DNA of 64,000 nt from Chitinophagales bacterium (GCA_038327865.1 JBBQLL010000012.1:24726-88725); one strand, 5' to 3'; counted from the stretch's first letter, positions 1 through 10,807 are shown. The notes: a model not told the origin generated them from the letters alone. Translations and numbers: made by a program.

Positions 1-54
1 ATACAATTGCTTTTGATGCAAAATATAGCATCAAGCTAAAAAACTAAAGTTACA

Positions 55-612
55 ATGATTGAATTAATAAAAGCGCCTTGGGCTTGGTATGTGAGCGGTG
101 CAGCTATCGCTGCAATAATGTTTTTGTTGCTGTTTTTTGGAGGTGCATTTGGCTTCTCATCTAACCTGCGAACAATATGTGCTGCTTGTGGTGCAGGAAA
201 AAACACAGATTTTTTTAAGTTTGATTGGAAGGCACAAGTATGGAATTTGGTATTTCTTGTAGGTGCAATTCTTGGTGGATTTATTGCGCATCAATATTTA
301 TCAACCAATAAACCAGTACTATTATCCAATGCAACCACTAGCGATTTATCTAAATTGGGTTTTGCTGCACCAACCAATTTACAGCCTAATGAATTATTTA
401 GTTGGGATGCACTATTTACGGTAAAAGGGTTTTCTATTTTAGCAGTTGGCGGTTTGTTAATTGGCTTTGGTACAAGGTATGCTGGAGGCTGCACAAGTGG
501 CCATGCCATCAGTGGATTAAGCAACTTGCAGTGGCCATCTTTAATTGCAGTGGTTGGCTTTTTTATAGGTGGGTTGACAATGACATTCCTAATTTTTCCA
601 TTAATATTTTAA
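55..612 (+). CDS. YeeE/YedE family sulfur-compound (thiosulfate) transporter subunit
   Basis: Hydrophobic 185 aa with GGCTSGH and an N-terminal conserved Cys (CAACG), typical of YeeE/YedE. Confidence 0.85.
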   Translation: MIELIKAPWAWYVSGAAIAAIMFLLLFFGGAFGFSSNLRTICAACGAGKNTDFFKFDWKAQVWNLVFLVGAILGGFIAHQYLSTNKPVLLSNATTSDLSKLGFAAPTNLQPNELFSWDALFTVKGFSILAVGGLLIGFGTRYAGGCTSGHAISGLSNLQWPSLIAVVGFFIGGLTMTFLIFPLIF

Positions 613-616
613 GAAA

Positions 617-1030
617 ATGAAGCTGATAAAATTTTTAATTGCAGGTATTTTGTTTGGTATAATAATGACTAAATCAGAAGCCATAAGCTGGTATCGCATT
701 CAAGAGATGTTTCGGTTTCAAGCTTTTCACATGTATGGCATCATAGGTACAGCAGTAGTGCTGGGTGTAATAGGTATAGCTATCATAAAAAAGTTACAGC
801 TAAAAGATATGTATGGTAGGGCAATACAATTTCATCCCAAAGAAAAATCAGTTATTCGCTATTTAATTGGGGGTACTATTTTTGGTTTAGGCTGGGCTTT
901 AACAGGTGCTTGCCCTGGCCCTATTGTTGTAAACATTGGTTATGGTTTTATATCAATGACAGTCGTATTTGTATTTGCTCTTTTAGGTACGTACTTGTAT
1001 GGTAAAGTGAAAAATAGATTGCCGCATTAA
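617..1030 (+). CDS. YeeE/YedE partner subunit (DUF6691-like)
   Basis: GWALTGACPGP motif, 4 TM segments, 4 nt downstream of the YeeE gene. Confidence 0.83.
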   Translation: MKLIKFLIAGILFGIIMTKSEAISWYRIQEMFRFQAFHMYGIIGTAVVLGVIGIAIIKKLQLKDMYGRAIQFHPKEKSVIRYLIGGTIFGLGWALTGACPGPIVVNIGYGFISMTVVFVFALLGTYLYGKVKNRLPH

Positions 1031-1454
1031 GATAAAATCAAGTGCGATAGTAACGTATAAATCCACATTGTAAAGGAATCAGCTTCTTTTGTTAGCATAC
1101 TAGTATTGATTACAGTGCCATACGACCAAAATTTATGTAGCACTTATTTACCAGCTCATTGTGTATAAAATAAAAATCTATCAATTCATTAATATTCTAA
1201 GTAAATTGTTTTACGTAATGATACAATCATATAAGAAGTATACGTACTAAACTGATTATTTGTTGCTGTAATAACATTTAAATGTCTTTTTATTGTGTCA
1301 TTTTATTAACATATATTATCAAAAGACTTTTTTAAGTGGCTTCTGATAGCCAAAAAGAAAATTATATTTAGATTGATTCGTGCGTCACATTAACGAGATT
1401 TGCCATCAATATTGGTAAAATTCACTTTAGCAATACCATTAGAAAAATAGTTTA

Positions 1455-1931
1455 TTAATGGTCGTAGCTAATTACCCTAGTAATTTTCCAGTCGCCCTCT
1501 TTTTTCTGCCAAAGCATCATGAATTTAAAAGTTCCACAATCATCTTTACCATTTTCTTTATGGCAAAAACGATGCTCGCCTGTTTCTACAGCACCATAAT
1601 CTTTTATAGGAAATACCGACAAACTGCCTTTTACAAGGGTTCTATTTATTTTACTATCTCTTTGTAGTATATTCTCAAAGTTTTTAAATACCTGATCGTA
1701 ATAAAGTAAGCCACCATTGTCTTGATACCATTCTAAATCTTTAGAAAACAGCGATTTCATGGTAGTTATATCTTGGTTATTGTAAGCGGCAAATAATAGG
1801 CTGTCTAACTGTGCAATTTGGTTAAATAAAACTTGTGAAACAGGAGGTTTGCCAATTGTTGGTGGTTGAGCATTGCTTGCGGTAAAACCAAGCACTAATA
1901 TAATAAACAATAGCGTTGTTATTTTTTTCAT
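1455..1931 (-). CDS. Secreted NTF2-like (DUF4440) protein
   Basis: Signal peptide; DSLLFAAYN...DLEWYQDNGG...WKITRVISYDH pattern typical of Bacteroidota DUF4440. Confidence 0.75.
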   Translation of the reverse strand: MKKITTLLFIILVLGFTASNAQPPTIGKPPVSQVLFNQIAQLDSLLFAAYNNQDITTMKSLFSKDLEWYQDNGGLLYYDQVFKNFENILQRDSKINRTLVKGSLSVFPIKDYGAVETGEHRFCHKENGKDDCGTFKFMMLWQKKEGDWKITRVISYDH

Positions 1932-1965
1932 GTGTGTGTATTATTGTAATTAAAAAAATTTAAAA

Positions 1966-1997
1966 AAGCAGCCAACGTTAGTACAAGTTGACTGCTT
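1966..1997 (-). terminator. Probable intrinsic terminator downstream of the TonB receptor
   Basis: AAGCAGCCAAC / GTTGACTGCTT imperfect inverted repeat with an adjacent A-tract on +. Confidence 0.55.
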
Positions 1998-2109
1998 AAA
2001 TATTTGGATTTTAAAACGTTGCTATGTTGCTTTGCAGTAGTAAGCAGTAATAGAATGCTGTCTTAGGCAATAATCTATTTAAAGCTGCGTTTTGTGTTTT
2101 ACTTTTCTA

Positions 2110-4572
2110 CTAATTACCGCCAGTTTTTACACGGTCTGCTTCATCTACACTGCTTCTTTTACGTTGTGTATTGCCAACTTTACCTTTGCTAAAACGGTAA
2201 GTAAAATTGATGTTTACAACCCTAATATCTTCTTTACTTTTAAAGCTAATATCAATATCATCGTATTTAGCATAGCCACTTGGTTTTTGTAGCCAAAATA
2301 TATCACGCACATTTAACCGAATGCTGCCTTTATCTTTTAATACCGATTTAGAAACACCTGTACTTATTTGCCCCAAAGGATTGATAAACAAGACACCTTC
2401 TAAGCCTTTAGTACGGTAAAATCCACTTACTTCGGCATTCCAACCCTTTCCTAATTTAAATGAACTACTGCCGTTGAACATAAATGTTGGAGAACTTATA
2501 TCAATATAGCCGTTGTTTACTAACCCTCTAAAACGATTGCTGTATAAGTTGGCATATACATTTAAACTCATCCATTTTGTAATAGGTATTTGGCCAGATA
2601 CCGCGATACCAAACTGATCTAAAGTGGCAATATTGGCTTGTTTTACATAAGTTTCGTTAGTGGCTGAACGTTGCTCAATAACCTGTTGAATAATATTATT
2701 GACCTTGGTATAATTTAAAGTGGTGCTTAATAAGCCGCCCATAAACAAGTGGCTCAATTCAATATTATCACTAAACTGTGGTTTTAAACCTGGGTTACCT
2801 TGCTCAAATGTGTACTTATCTAAAAAATGTACAAATGGGTTTAATGATTCATAATCTGGACGGTTAATTCTTCTACCATAATTCAAAGAAAATTGGTTTT
2901 TATCGTTTAATGTATAGCTAAGGTAAGCCGTTGGAAATAACTGTGTGTAAGTGGTATCAAACGTTGATGCTGGCCGTAAAACATTACCCAATTGATTGCC
3001 TTTTGAGTGTGTATTTTCTAACCGTAAACCCAATTGTACCGACCATTTTTTGTTAAGTTGTTTGCTATAATTTACATAGGCCGCATTAATATTTTCGTTG
3101 TAAATAAAATGGTTGCTACGGTTATAATCTGGCTTTAAATGGTTGTTAATGGTGCTATCGTATTGTGCATTGTTATCAGTTTCTACATAGCTTAATTTAA
3201 AACCAGCTTCCAATTTTGCACCTTTTTTAAGGGGTAATGTATAATCTGCTTTGCCGCTATAAATAGAAATAAGCGTTGGTAATTTACTGTTCAATGTATC
3301 GCCTGGTAAAATAGGGTTACCGGTACCGTTGTAATAGCTATTAGTTAATCTACCAGTGTTTTGTCCATTGTAATGTACATAATCCAAATCCATTGTCAAC
3401 TCCATGCCTGTACTATCAAATTGATGGCGGAAATTAAAATTGGTGCTACTATTTTTAAATCGTTCAGATTCTGGTGTTGCTGCAATTGTAATACTTTGCA
3501 ATGCGTTTGCACCATCTTTTATCCTCGTATTGCTTTCGCCTAAATTATTAGCTGCATTATCAAAACCAGTAACCACGAAACCGTAGGTTGTATTTTTTGA
3601 GGCAAAAAAATCTGCTCCAAATTTGGCACTATGATTATTATTTTCTTTAACTGAATTTGAATTTTGGCTAAAAATTGACACTACTTGCTTACTAGAGTTG
3701 ATAAATTTCCTTTCAAGGGCTAACTCTTGAAAACCTTCCCTGTGATTATAACTGTAATTGCCAAACAAGTTTAATTTACCATTACGGTAATTCATATTAA
3801 TACTTTGATTGGCTTTTGGATATATGCCTTGGCCATAACCTACTGTAACAGAACCATTTAAACCAACAGTTCTTATTTTTTTTGTTTTAATATTTATTAC
3901 ACCAGCATTCCCAGAAGCATCGTATTTAGCTGGTGGATTTGTCATAATTTCAATTTGATCCAGTTGGTTAGCAGTCATACTGCGTAACATATTGGCCAAA
4001 TCGGATGCACTTAAGTAAGATGGTTTGCCATCAACCAAAACAACCACACCGCTTTTCCCTTTTAAGCTAATGTTGCCATCTTTATCAACCGAAATACCTG
4101 GCGCTTTTTCTAGCACTTCTAAAGCAGTGGCACCAACATTTGTAACAGATGCATCCACATTTACAATCAGTCTATCTAACTTTTGCTCTATTAAAAGTTT
4201 TTTGCTTGTAACTGTTACTTCGCCTAATTGTTTGTCAATTGCTTTTAGGTTAATTGCTTTTACAGTATACTTGTTTTTGGTAGCAGTCAATTCAAATGTT
4301 TCGCTATAATACGTAGCATAGCCAACGCCTTGAACGGATACTAAATATTTCCCATTTATTAGTTTTTCTACTTCAAATGCACCGCTTTTATCACTGATAA
4401 CAATTTTTACAAGTGAACTGTCTTTTGCCCGTAATAAGCTAACAGTTGCTGCATCAATTACTTTTTGTGAGGCATTCACTGTGCCGTTTACGTTACCCAA
4501 ATTTTGTACTTGTGCATGGCTAGAGAAACTGAATAATCCCATGGCAGTTAGTAGCGTGAAGATTTTTTTCAT
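2110..4572 (-). CDS. TonB-dependent outer-membrane receptor (CarboxypepD_reg-like N-term, plug, OMP beta-barrel family 3)
   Basis: Signal peptide, 'LGEVTVTSKK', plug 'IEIMTNPPAKYDASGNAGVINIKTKK', barrel strands ending 'INFTYRF'. Confidence 0.9.
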   Translation of the reverse strand: MKKIFTLLTAMGLFSFSSHAQVQNLGNVNGTVNASQKVIDAATVSLLRAKDSSLVKIVISDKSGAFEVEKLINGKYLVSVQGVGYATYYSETFELTATKNKYTVKAINLKAIDKQLGEVTVTSKKLLIEQKLDRLIVNVDASVTNVGATALEVLEKAPGISVDKDGNISLKGKSGVVVLVDGKPSYLSASDLANMLRSMTANQLDQIEIMTNPPAKYDASGNAGVINIKTKKIRTVGLNGSVTVGYGQGIYPKANQSINMNYRNGKLNLFGNYSYNHREGFQELALERKFINSSKQVVSIFSQNSNSVKENNNHSAKFGADFFASKNTTYGFVVTGFDNAANNLGESNTRIKDGANALQSITIAATPESERFKNSSTNFNFRHQFDSTGMELTMDLDYVHYNGQNTGRLTNSYYNGTGNPILPGDTLNSKLPTLISIYSGKADYTLPLKKGAKLEAGFKLSYVETDNNAQYDSTINNHLKPDYNRSNHFIYNENINAAYVNYSKQLNKKWSVQLGLRLENTHSKGNQLGNVLRPASTFDTTYTQLFPTAYLSYTLNDKNQFSLNYGRRINRPDYESLNPFVHFLDKYTFEQGNPGLKPQFSDNIELSHLFMGGLLSTTLNYTKVNNIIQQVIEQRSATNETYVKQANIATLDQFGIAVSGQIPITKWMSLNVYANLYSNRFRGLVNNGYIDISSPTFMFNGSSSFKLGKGWNAEVSGFYRTKGLEGVLFINPLGQISTGVSKSVLKDKGSIRLNVRDIFWLQKPSGYAKYDDIDISFKSKEDIRVVNINFTYRFSKGKVGNTQRKRSSVDEADRVKTGGN

Positions 4573-4657
4573 AATTTTATTTTTATTTAGTTCTTGTTAA
4601 TGATTATTACAGCACGAAACTATATACCTTGCATTGCATAGTACAATTCAAAAACAT

Positions 4658-4686
4658 GAACGGTAATATATTTGTACGAAAGGTAA
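4658..4686 (-). promoter_or_regulatory. Candidate LytTR-type direct repeat upstream of the TonB receptor
   Basis: GAACGGTAA (4658) and GAAAGGTAA (4678), 20-bp period, ~90 nt upstream of the start. Confidence 0.3.
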
Positions 4687-4773
4687 ATTATGACGATTGT
4701 TTAATAATAATTGATAAATAAGTATAAAAATGAAACGAAATTTTGAATAATAAGTTACAGTTTTTGTAATAAA

Positions 4774-4803
4774 AAAAGTCACCTAATTAATTAGGTGACT
4801 TTT
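4774..4803 (-). terminator. Intrinsic terminator of the GH13 gene
   Basis: Perfect palindrome AAAAGTCACCTAATTAATTAGGTGACTTTT, 33 nt past the stop. Confidence 0.8.
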
Positions 4804-4835
4804 AAAGTAAATTTATTAAGAATATGTAAAGGTTT

Positions 4836-6206
4836 CTATTTGCTATAATCGTACACTAAATAACCCCATGCATTTAAATTAAATGTATGTGAGGCTTCGA
4901 GATTTTCTTTTTTTGCCGTAAAAATATTCGTTGCTTCTCCTGAAATAAGGGAATTGTTGATAGTTACTGTTTGCGGTGCTTTACTTAAATTAGTTACCAC
5001 CAATACTTTTTTACCATTTTTTTCTCTTACAAAAGCATAAATAGCATCATCTGCCGATGTAGTAAGCTTTGTGAAGCTAGCATTAGCAGCTAAGGCAGCA
5101 TTGGTGCTACGTAAATTAAGTAATTTCTTGTAAAAACTAGCTCGTTGGTACTTACCAAACTTAATGGGATCTTTATAAAAAAAGCTAATACTATCTAAAA
5201 CTGGCTCTTCTTGGCCACTATAAATTAGCGGTACACTATTTTTAAGCGTTTGGGTTAACACTGCAAAAGGTGCATGACTTTCGCCAGGCATGGTAGCATA
5301 GTCGGCCTTATTCCAGCTATTTTCATCGTGGTTGCTTGTAAAAAATAAGCGTAATGCATTTTTTGCAAAACCAGTATCGGTTTTATGGATGGTACTATCT
5401 AATGCACTGGCTTTTCTATCGCCTTTGGCTATTAATTTCATCATATTAAAATCATTCCAAGTATAGGTTTCATCAAAACCAGCAACGTGTAACCAAGGTT
5501 TATCACCTTCTGCCAGCATAAATATATTCTTCTGTTTTTTAAGTGTATCAATGCATCTTGTCCAAAATGCTTGTGGTACTTCTGGTGCTACATCGCATCT
5601 AAAGCCATCAATATTTGTTTCGGTAATCCAATATTTCATAGCTGCAATCATACTATCGCGTAAAGCAGGGTTTTTAAAATTAAGTTTACGTGTATCTGTC
5701 CAATCAAATGGCGATATTGGTTGGTGTGTGATACTATCTAATACATAAAAATCAGGATGCGATGTTAGCCAAACGTTATCGGCACTAGTATGGTTAGCTA
5801 CCCAATCAATTATTACCTTAAAACCTTTGTTGTGGGCCGTTTCTACCAATGCTTTCCAATCGGCTAAAGTGCCATATTCTGGATTAATGGCTGTATAATT
5901 TCCAACGGCATAATAGCTACCTAAAGCGCCTTTACGATCTTTAATACCAATGGGATTTATTGGCATAAACCATAATGTTTGTACACCCATTTCCTTTAGT
6001 CTGTCTAAACTTTTTTCAAAGGCTTTAAAAGTACCTTCTTGGGTGTATTGCCGAATATTTACTTCGTAAATATTACTTTGCATTATCCATGCAGGATGAC
6101 CATCAATGGTAGCTGTATCTGCTGCTACTGTAGTTGTAATTTTTGATTTGCAAGCTGCAAAAAGTACGCATACTACAATAGCCAAACTTATTTTTTTTAT
6201 TGACAT
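4836..6206 (-). CDS. Alpha-amylase family GH13 lipoprotein
   Basis: Lipobox LFAAC; GH13 motifs DWVANH, GFRCDVA (nucleophile), LAEG (acid/base), NHDEN. Confidence 0.9.
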   Translation of the reverse strand: MSIKKISLAIVVCVLFAACKSKITTTVAADTATIDGHPAWIMQSNIYEVNIRQYTQEGTFKAFEKSLDRLKEMGVQTLWFMPINPIGIKDRKGALGSYYAVGNYTAINPEYGTLADWKALVETAHNKGFKVIIDWVANHTSADNVWLTSHPDFYVLDSITHQPISPFDWTDTRKLNFKNPALRDSMIAAMKYWITETNIDGFRCDVAPEVPQAFWTRCIDTLKKQKNIFMLAEGDKPWLHVAGFDETYTWNDFNMMKLIAKGDRKASALDSTIHKTDTGFAKNALRLFFTSNHDENSWNKADYATMPGESHAPFAVLTQTLKNSVPLIYSGQEEPVLDSISFFYKDPIKFGKYQRASFYKKLLNLRSTNAALAANASFTKLTTSADDAIYAFVREKNGKKVLVVTNLSKAPQTVTINNSLISGEATNIFTAKKENLEASHTFNLNAWGYLVYDYSK

Positions 6207-6331
6207 AACAATCAGTTTAAGTTATAAAAATAATAGGTTTATTGTCTAAAAAGAACACATTTTAAAAATCTCAATTATTTAAACTAAAATTTGCCTTTTA
6301 GCCAAATACTAATGTAAAAGAATAGAAAGGT

Positions 6332-6360
6332 TTACCGATTGGTTGTATTATTTCACCCAT
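6332..6360 (+). promoter_or_regulatory. Candidate LytTR-type direct repeat upstream of the sensor kinase
   Basis: TTACCGAT (6332) and TCACCCAT (6353), 21-bp period. Confidence 0.3.
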
Positions 6361-6428
6361 AAAACAAAATACACCATTTTTAACACAGTTATGTTTGCTA
6401 GAATTAAAAAAATAACATACCTCTTATT

Positions 6429-7571
6429 TTGAAAAAACACAAGAAGTTACTTACTATCATCATACATATTGCAGTTTGGGGCTCGTTTTTTCTATTACCT
6501 TATATTTTTAGACCACAGGGTAAGGGCGATATACCTACAAGTGTAAGTAACCGTTTTATAGCAGTATTTACAACAAATGTTATTTGCCTAATAGCTTTTT
6601 ATTATTTAAATACGTTGGTTTTATTACCCAAACTACTCTTTAAGCGAAGGTGGATTTTGTATATACTTAGCATTGTTACCTGTACTCTATTTTTTACATA
6701 CGTGCCTAGAGAAATAGCAAATGTATTTGTAGCACCAGAAGATTTTGCTTATAAAATTGAAAAGATAAAAGAACAACAAAAACTTATTGATGATACCTTA
6801 AAGACTATTAAAGACACAGCAAACTTTGTAAAAAATAGGTATCATAGTGGTAGTATTAGAGGTGCATCGCGTTTTATATTTTTCCCTGGGTCAAATGCCA
6901 TTTTCTTTTTAGTGTTTTTAATTAGTATTTGTATTTCTGTAACACAACAATGGTTAAAAGTCGAGCAAACAAAAAAAGAAATAGAAACAGAGAAATTAAA
7001 CACAGAATTATCGTTTTTAAAATCGCAGATAAACCCCCACTTCTTTTTTAATACATTAAATAATATCTATTCATTAGCGGTGGTTGGTAGCGATAAAACT
7101 GCCCCAGCAATTATGAAGTTATCTGCCATAATGCGGTATATTTTAACAGACACCCAAAACGATACTGTACCGCTAGAAAATGAGGTAAACTTTATAAACA
7201 ATTTTATTGATTTACAACGTGTAAGGCTTACAGATAAAGTAACGGTTTCTTTTGTTACAGAAGGTAATATCAGTAATCATCAAGTAGCACCATTGTTGTT
7301 TATTCCATTTGTAGAAAATGCGTTTAAATATGGCGTAAGCACAAAAGAACGCTCATTAATTAGTATTACAATAACTGCAACTACCAATATAGTACAGCTA
7401 AAAACAAGTAATACTATTGTCAGGGCTGATAATGGTATTTTAGATACTACAGGTATTGGTATTAATAATGTAAAAAGAAGATTAGATTTGTTATACGCAG
7501 ATAAGTATACTTTGCACATTACCAACAATGAAACGACCTTTTTTGTAACATTAGATATTACCACAAAATGA
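6429..7571 (+). CDS. LytS/YehU-family sensor histidine kinase
   Basis: N-terminal TM helices; LKSQINPHFFFNTLNNIY H-box; PFVENAFKYG; GIGINNVKRRL; TTG start. Confidence 0.9.
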   Translation: MKKHKKLLTIIIHIAVWGSFFLLPYIFRPQGKGDIPTSVSNRFIAVFTTNVICLIAFYYLNTLVLLPKLLFKRRWILYILSIVTCTLFFTYVPREIANVFVAPEDFAYKIEKIKEQQKLIDDTLKTIKDTANFVKNRYHSGSIRGASRFIFFPGSNAIFFLVFLISICISVTQQWLKVEQTKKEIETEKLNTELSFLKSQINPHFFFNTLNNIYSLAVVGSDKTAPAIMKLSAIMRYILTDTQNDTVPLENEVNFINNFIDLQRVRLTDKVTVSFVTEGNISNHQVAPLLFIPFVENAFKYGVSTKERSLISITITATTNIVQLKTSNTIVRADNGILDTTGIGINNVKRRLDLLYADKYTLHITNNETTFFVTLDITTK

Positions 7572-8272
7572 TACAATGCATAGCAATAGATGATGAGCCA
7601 TTGGCACTACAATTAATAACCCAATATTGCGAACGCGTATCTTTTTTGCAGTTAAAAAAAGTGTTTACTAATCCTGATGAAGCCGCCATTTATTTGAATC
7701 AAAACAATATAGATCTTATTTTTTTAGATATACAAATGCCAGATATAAGTGGCTTACAGTTTTATAAAAATTTGGCTGAGTCTAATAAACCTCTAGTGGT
7801 TTTTACTACAGCATTTAAAGATTATGCTGTAGATGGTTTTAATGTTGAGGCAGTTGATTATTTACTAAAGCCATTTGAATTTGATAGATTTTTAAAAGCA
7901 GTTTATAAGGTTAAAGAATATATGGAATTTTTATCTTCTCAGAATCTGCAAATGAGTTCTATTTTCATAAAAGCTAATTATGAAATGATGAAAATAAACT
8001 TAAAAGATATTGACCTAATTGAAGCTCTAGACGATTATATCAAAATCTACATTAAACCAACACCAATACTTACGTTGATGACTTTAAAGAGTATTCAAGA
8101 AAAGCTACCCAGTAAAGAATTTATTCGGATTCACCGCTCGTACATTATACCCTTGGCAAAAGTTGAAAAGTTTAGTAAAAGCAAAGTGTTTGTTACTGGA
8201 AAAGAATTGCCAATTGGTACTAGTTATGGCGATGTCTATGATATATTGTTACAAAGAGTAAAGGCAGAATAA
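7568..8272 (+). CDS. LytTR-family response regulator
   Basis: Receiver IDDE...LDIQMP...FTTA...KP plus LytTR domain FIRIHRSYII; overlaps the kinase stop by 4 nt. Confidence 0.95.
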   Translation: MIQCIAIDDEPLALQLITQYCERVSFLQLKKVFTNPDEAAIYLNQNNIDLIFLDIQMPDISGLQFYKNLAESNKPLVVFTTAFKDYAVDGFNVEAVDYLLKPFEFDRFLKAVYKVKEYMEFLSSQNLQMSSIFIKANYEMMKINLKDIDLIEALDDYIKIYIKPTPILTLMTLKSIQEKLPSKEFIRIHRSYIIPLAKVEKFSKSKVFVTGKELPIGTSYGDVYDILLQRVKAE

Positions 8273-8562
8273 TAGAAATTTACTTTTGTTTCTTACAGCC
8301 AGTATATCCTTTTTATTTAAAAATACTTCACCATCCTTTTAGTTTAAATTAAATATTAAACACCACCTTTCTTCCTAGAATAAAATCACTTCTTTTTTAA
8401 CTTATTTCCAAGCAATAAGTATTTTAAAAAATACTCATTTAACGTTAGTCAACGTCACGTTCAATACCTGCAAAACGACCACTCAGGCCTCAATTTTTTT
8501 CTGTTCCATTAAATGTATTTTCACAAATTTAAAAAGCTACTTTTACTTTTAAATAGTTCGAT

Positions 8563-10086
8563 ATGCAATTTTTACAACAACTTACTATACAATCTCAAAA
8601 CAAAGGCACTGCAACAGGCAATCAATGGTTAGAAAGTACAGGTGATATTATCAACAGTTTTTCGCCAGTTGATGGCTTAGTAATTGGTAGTGTTGTTGCA
8701 ACCGACGCAGAAGCCTATGACATGGCTATTAAAAAAGCCCAAGCTGCTTTTTTGGAATGGCGCAAATGGCCAGCCCCAAAACGGGGAGACATTGTAAGGC
8801 AAATTGGGGAGGCTTTGCGTGTAAATAAAGAACCATTGGGCAAATTAGTAAGCTACGAAATGGGCAAAAGTTTGCAAGAGGGCTATGGTGAAGTACAAGA
8901 AATGATTGATATCTGCGACTTTGCAGTGGGGCTTTCTCGCCAATTGTATGGGTTAACCATGCATAGCGAACGGCCCAACCACCGCATGTACGAGCAATGG
9001 CATCCATTAGGTATTGTGGGGATTATTTCTGCTTTTAATTTTCCTGTGGCAGTATTTAGCTGGAACGCGGCATTAGCATGGGTTTGTGGCAACGTTTGTG
9101 TTTGGAAACCAAGCGAAAAAACACCACTTTGTGGTGTTGCTGTGCAACAAATTGTTAGTGATATTTTTATGAAAAATAATGTGCCAGAAGGTGTGAGTTG
9201 CTTGGTACAAGGCGGTAAAAATGTTGGCGAATGGATGAGTAAAGACACACGACTACCTCTTATTTCAGCAACTGGTTCTACACGAATGGGTAAGGCTTTA
9301 AACACTTTGGTTGCTGCTAGATTGGGAAGAACAATTTTAGAATTAGGTGGTAATAATGCCATTATTATTTCTAAAGATGCAGATATAAACATGTCGCTTG
9401 TAGGGGCATTATTTGGGGCTGTTGGCACTGCCGGACAACGTTGCACTACAACAAGACGATTAATCATTCATGAAAGTATTTATGATACATTCAAAGAAAA
9501 ATTGGTAAATGCCTATCAACAAATTATCATTGGCAATCCACTAGATGCGGCTAACCATATGGGACCATTAATTGATGCAGATGCAGTAGCAACTTATCTT
9601 TCTTCAATTGAAGCCTGTAAAAAACAAGGTGGTAATTTTGTTGTAGAAGGAGGTGTTTTAAGTGGAAGTAATTACGAAAGTGGTTGTTATGTTAAGCCTT
9701 GTATTGCGGAAGTAACTAACAATATAGCAATAGTGCAACACGAAACCTTTGCACCTATTTTATACTTAATAAAATATGTTGATTTAGACGAAGCCATAGC
9801 CATGCAAAATGAAGTGCCACAAGGTTTGTCATCAAGCATTATGACCCTTAATATGCGTGAGGCAGAACAATTTTTATCCAATACAGGTAGCGATTGTGGT
9901 ATAGCAAATGTAAATATTGGTACTAGCGGAGCCGAAATTGGTGGTGCTTTTGGTGGTGAAAAAGAAACTGGCGGAGGCAGAGAAAGTGGCAGCGATGCAT
10001 GGAAAGCTTATATGCGTAGGCAAACAAATACCATTAACTATGGCAGTAATTTGCCATTAGCACAAGGCATTAGTTTTAATATATAA
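8563..10086 (+). CDS. ALDH7-type aldehyde dehydrogenase (piperideine-6-carboxylate / alpha-aminoadipate semialdehyde dehydrogenase)
   Basis: ISAFNFPVAV, LELGGNNA, GTAGQRCTT, HETFAPIL, GGGRESGSDAWK are ALDH7 signatures. Confidence 0.85.
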   Translation: MQFLQQLTIQSQNKGTATGNQWLESTGDIINSFSPVDGLVIGSVVATDAEAYDMAIKKAQAAFLEWRKWPAPKRGDIVRQIGEALRVNKEPLGKLVSYEMGKSLQEGYGEVQEMIDICDFAVGLSRQLYGLTMHSERPNHRMYEQWHPLGIVGIISAFNFPVAVFSWNAALAWVCGNVCVWKPSEKTPLCGVAVQQIVSDIFMKNNVPEGVSCLVQGGKNVGEWMSKDTRLPLISATGSTRMGKALNTLVAARLGRTILELGGNNAIIISKDADINMSLVGALFGAVGTAGQRCTTTRRLIIHESIYDTFKEKLVNAYQQIIIGNPLDAANHMGPLIDADAVATYLSSIEACKKQGGNFVVEGGVLSGSNYESGCYVKPCIAEVTNNIAIVQHETFAPILYLIKYVDLDEAIAMQNEVPQGLSSSIMTLNMREAEQFLSNTGSDCGIANVNIGTSGAEIGGAFGGEKETGGGRESGSDAWKAYMRRQTNTINYGSNLPLAQGISFNI

Positions 10087-10378
10087 GGTGTTTTTAATTT
10101 TCAAACATATCTAAATAGTTTAATACATTCTATCACAAAAATTACTTACTGTAAATCGCTTGTCTAATATTGGTTTTATTTATCACCAAGGGTAGAAATC
10201 ATATTTTTTAGTAGTAATTACTAAATAATCATCGTACTAAAGTAATTAAAAATGACAAAAAAATGTTTTTGTACAAAACAAGGTGATTACAATAGGTTTT
10301 TAATTAGTATCGCAAACAGTTGGGTTATTTTTTGAATTGATAATAGAATATCATGCACAAAGCCTTTACTTTCACACA

Positions 10379-10807
10379 ATGTTTTATAAAATACTTACCG
10401 TTATTGGGCTTGCCACATTTGAAGTATATGCAGCAATACCAACCGGTTTCATGTTACATTTATCGCCTTGGATTATATTTTTAGCGAGCATGGTTGGCGG
10501 CATTATTGGCGTATTTGTAGCGGCATTTTTAGGCGAAAAAATTGAAAAAATTATTAGTAAATATCGTAAGCCAAAAACTGTTAACCCAAATAAAAAACCA
10601 AGTTTAGCCCATAATTTAATGGAAAAGTACGGCCTAATTGGCTTAGGTTTTTTAGGAACCATGACTGTAGGTGCGCCAGTAAGTATTGCGGTAGGTGTTG
10701 GGTTTAATGTACAAATGCATAAGTTAGCAGCTTGGTGTTGTGTTGGTGTTATTGCACGTTGTGCTTTGTTCACAGCTATTGGTTATTATGGTATAAAATT
10801 ATTTTAA
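10379..10807 (+). CDS. Small multidrug export-type membrane protein
   Basis: Hydrophobic with a central basic linker and 'EKYGLIGL' motif; ATG at 10379 preferred over the track start 10337. Confidence 0.6.
   Translation: MFYKILTVIGLATFEVYAAIPTGFMLHLSPWIIFLASMVGGIIGVFVAAFLGEKIEKIISKYRKPKTVNPNKKPSLAHNLMEKYGLIGLGFLGTMTVGAPVSIAVGVGFNVQMHKLAAWCCVGVIARCALFTAIGYYGIKLF

Noticed and set aside
8273-8562. Possible decayed - strand gene or LytTR-controlled promoter
   Set aside because: Only short stop-broken peptides with no recognisable family
8729-9881. Antisense ORFs inside the ALDH7 gene (also within pruA, gapN, mlaD, hppA and the kinases)
   Set aside because: Fully overlap well-supported genes and have no independent motifs; shadow ORFs
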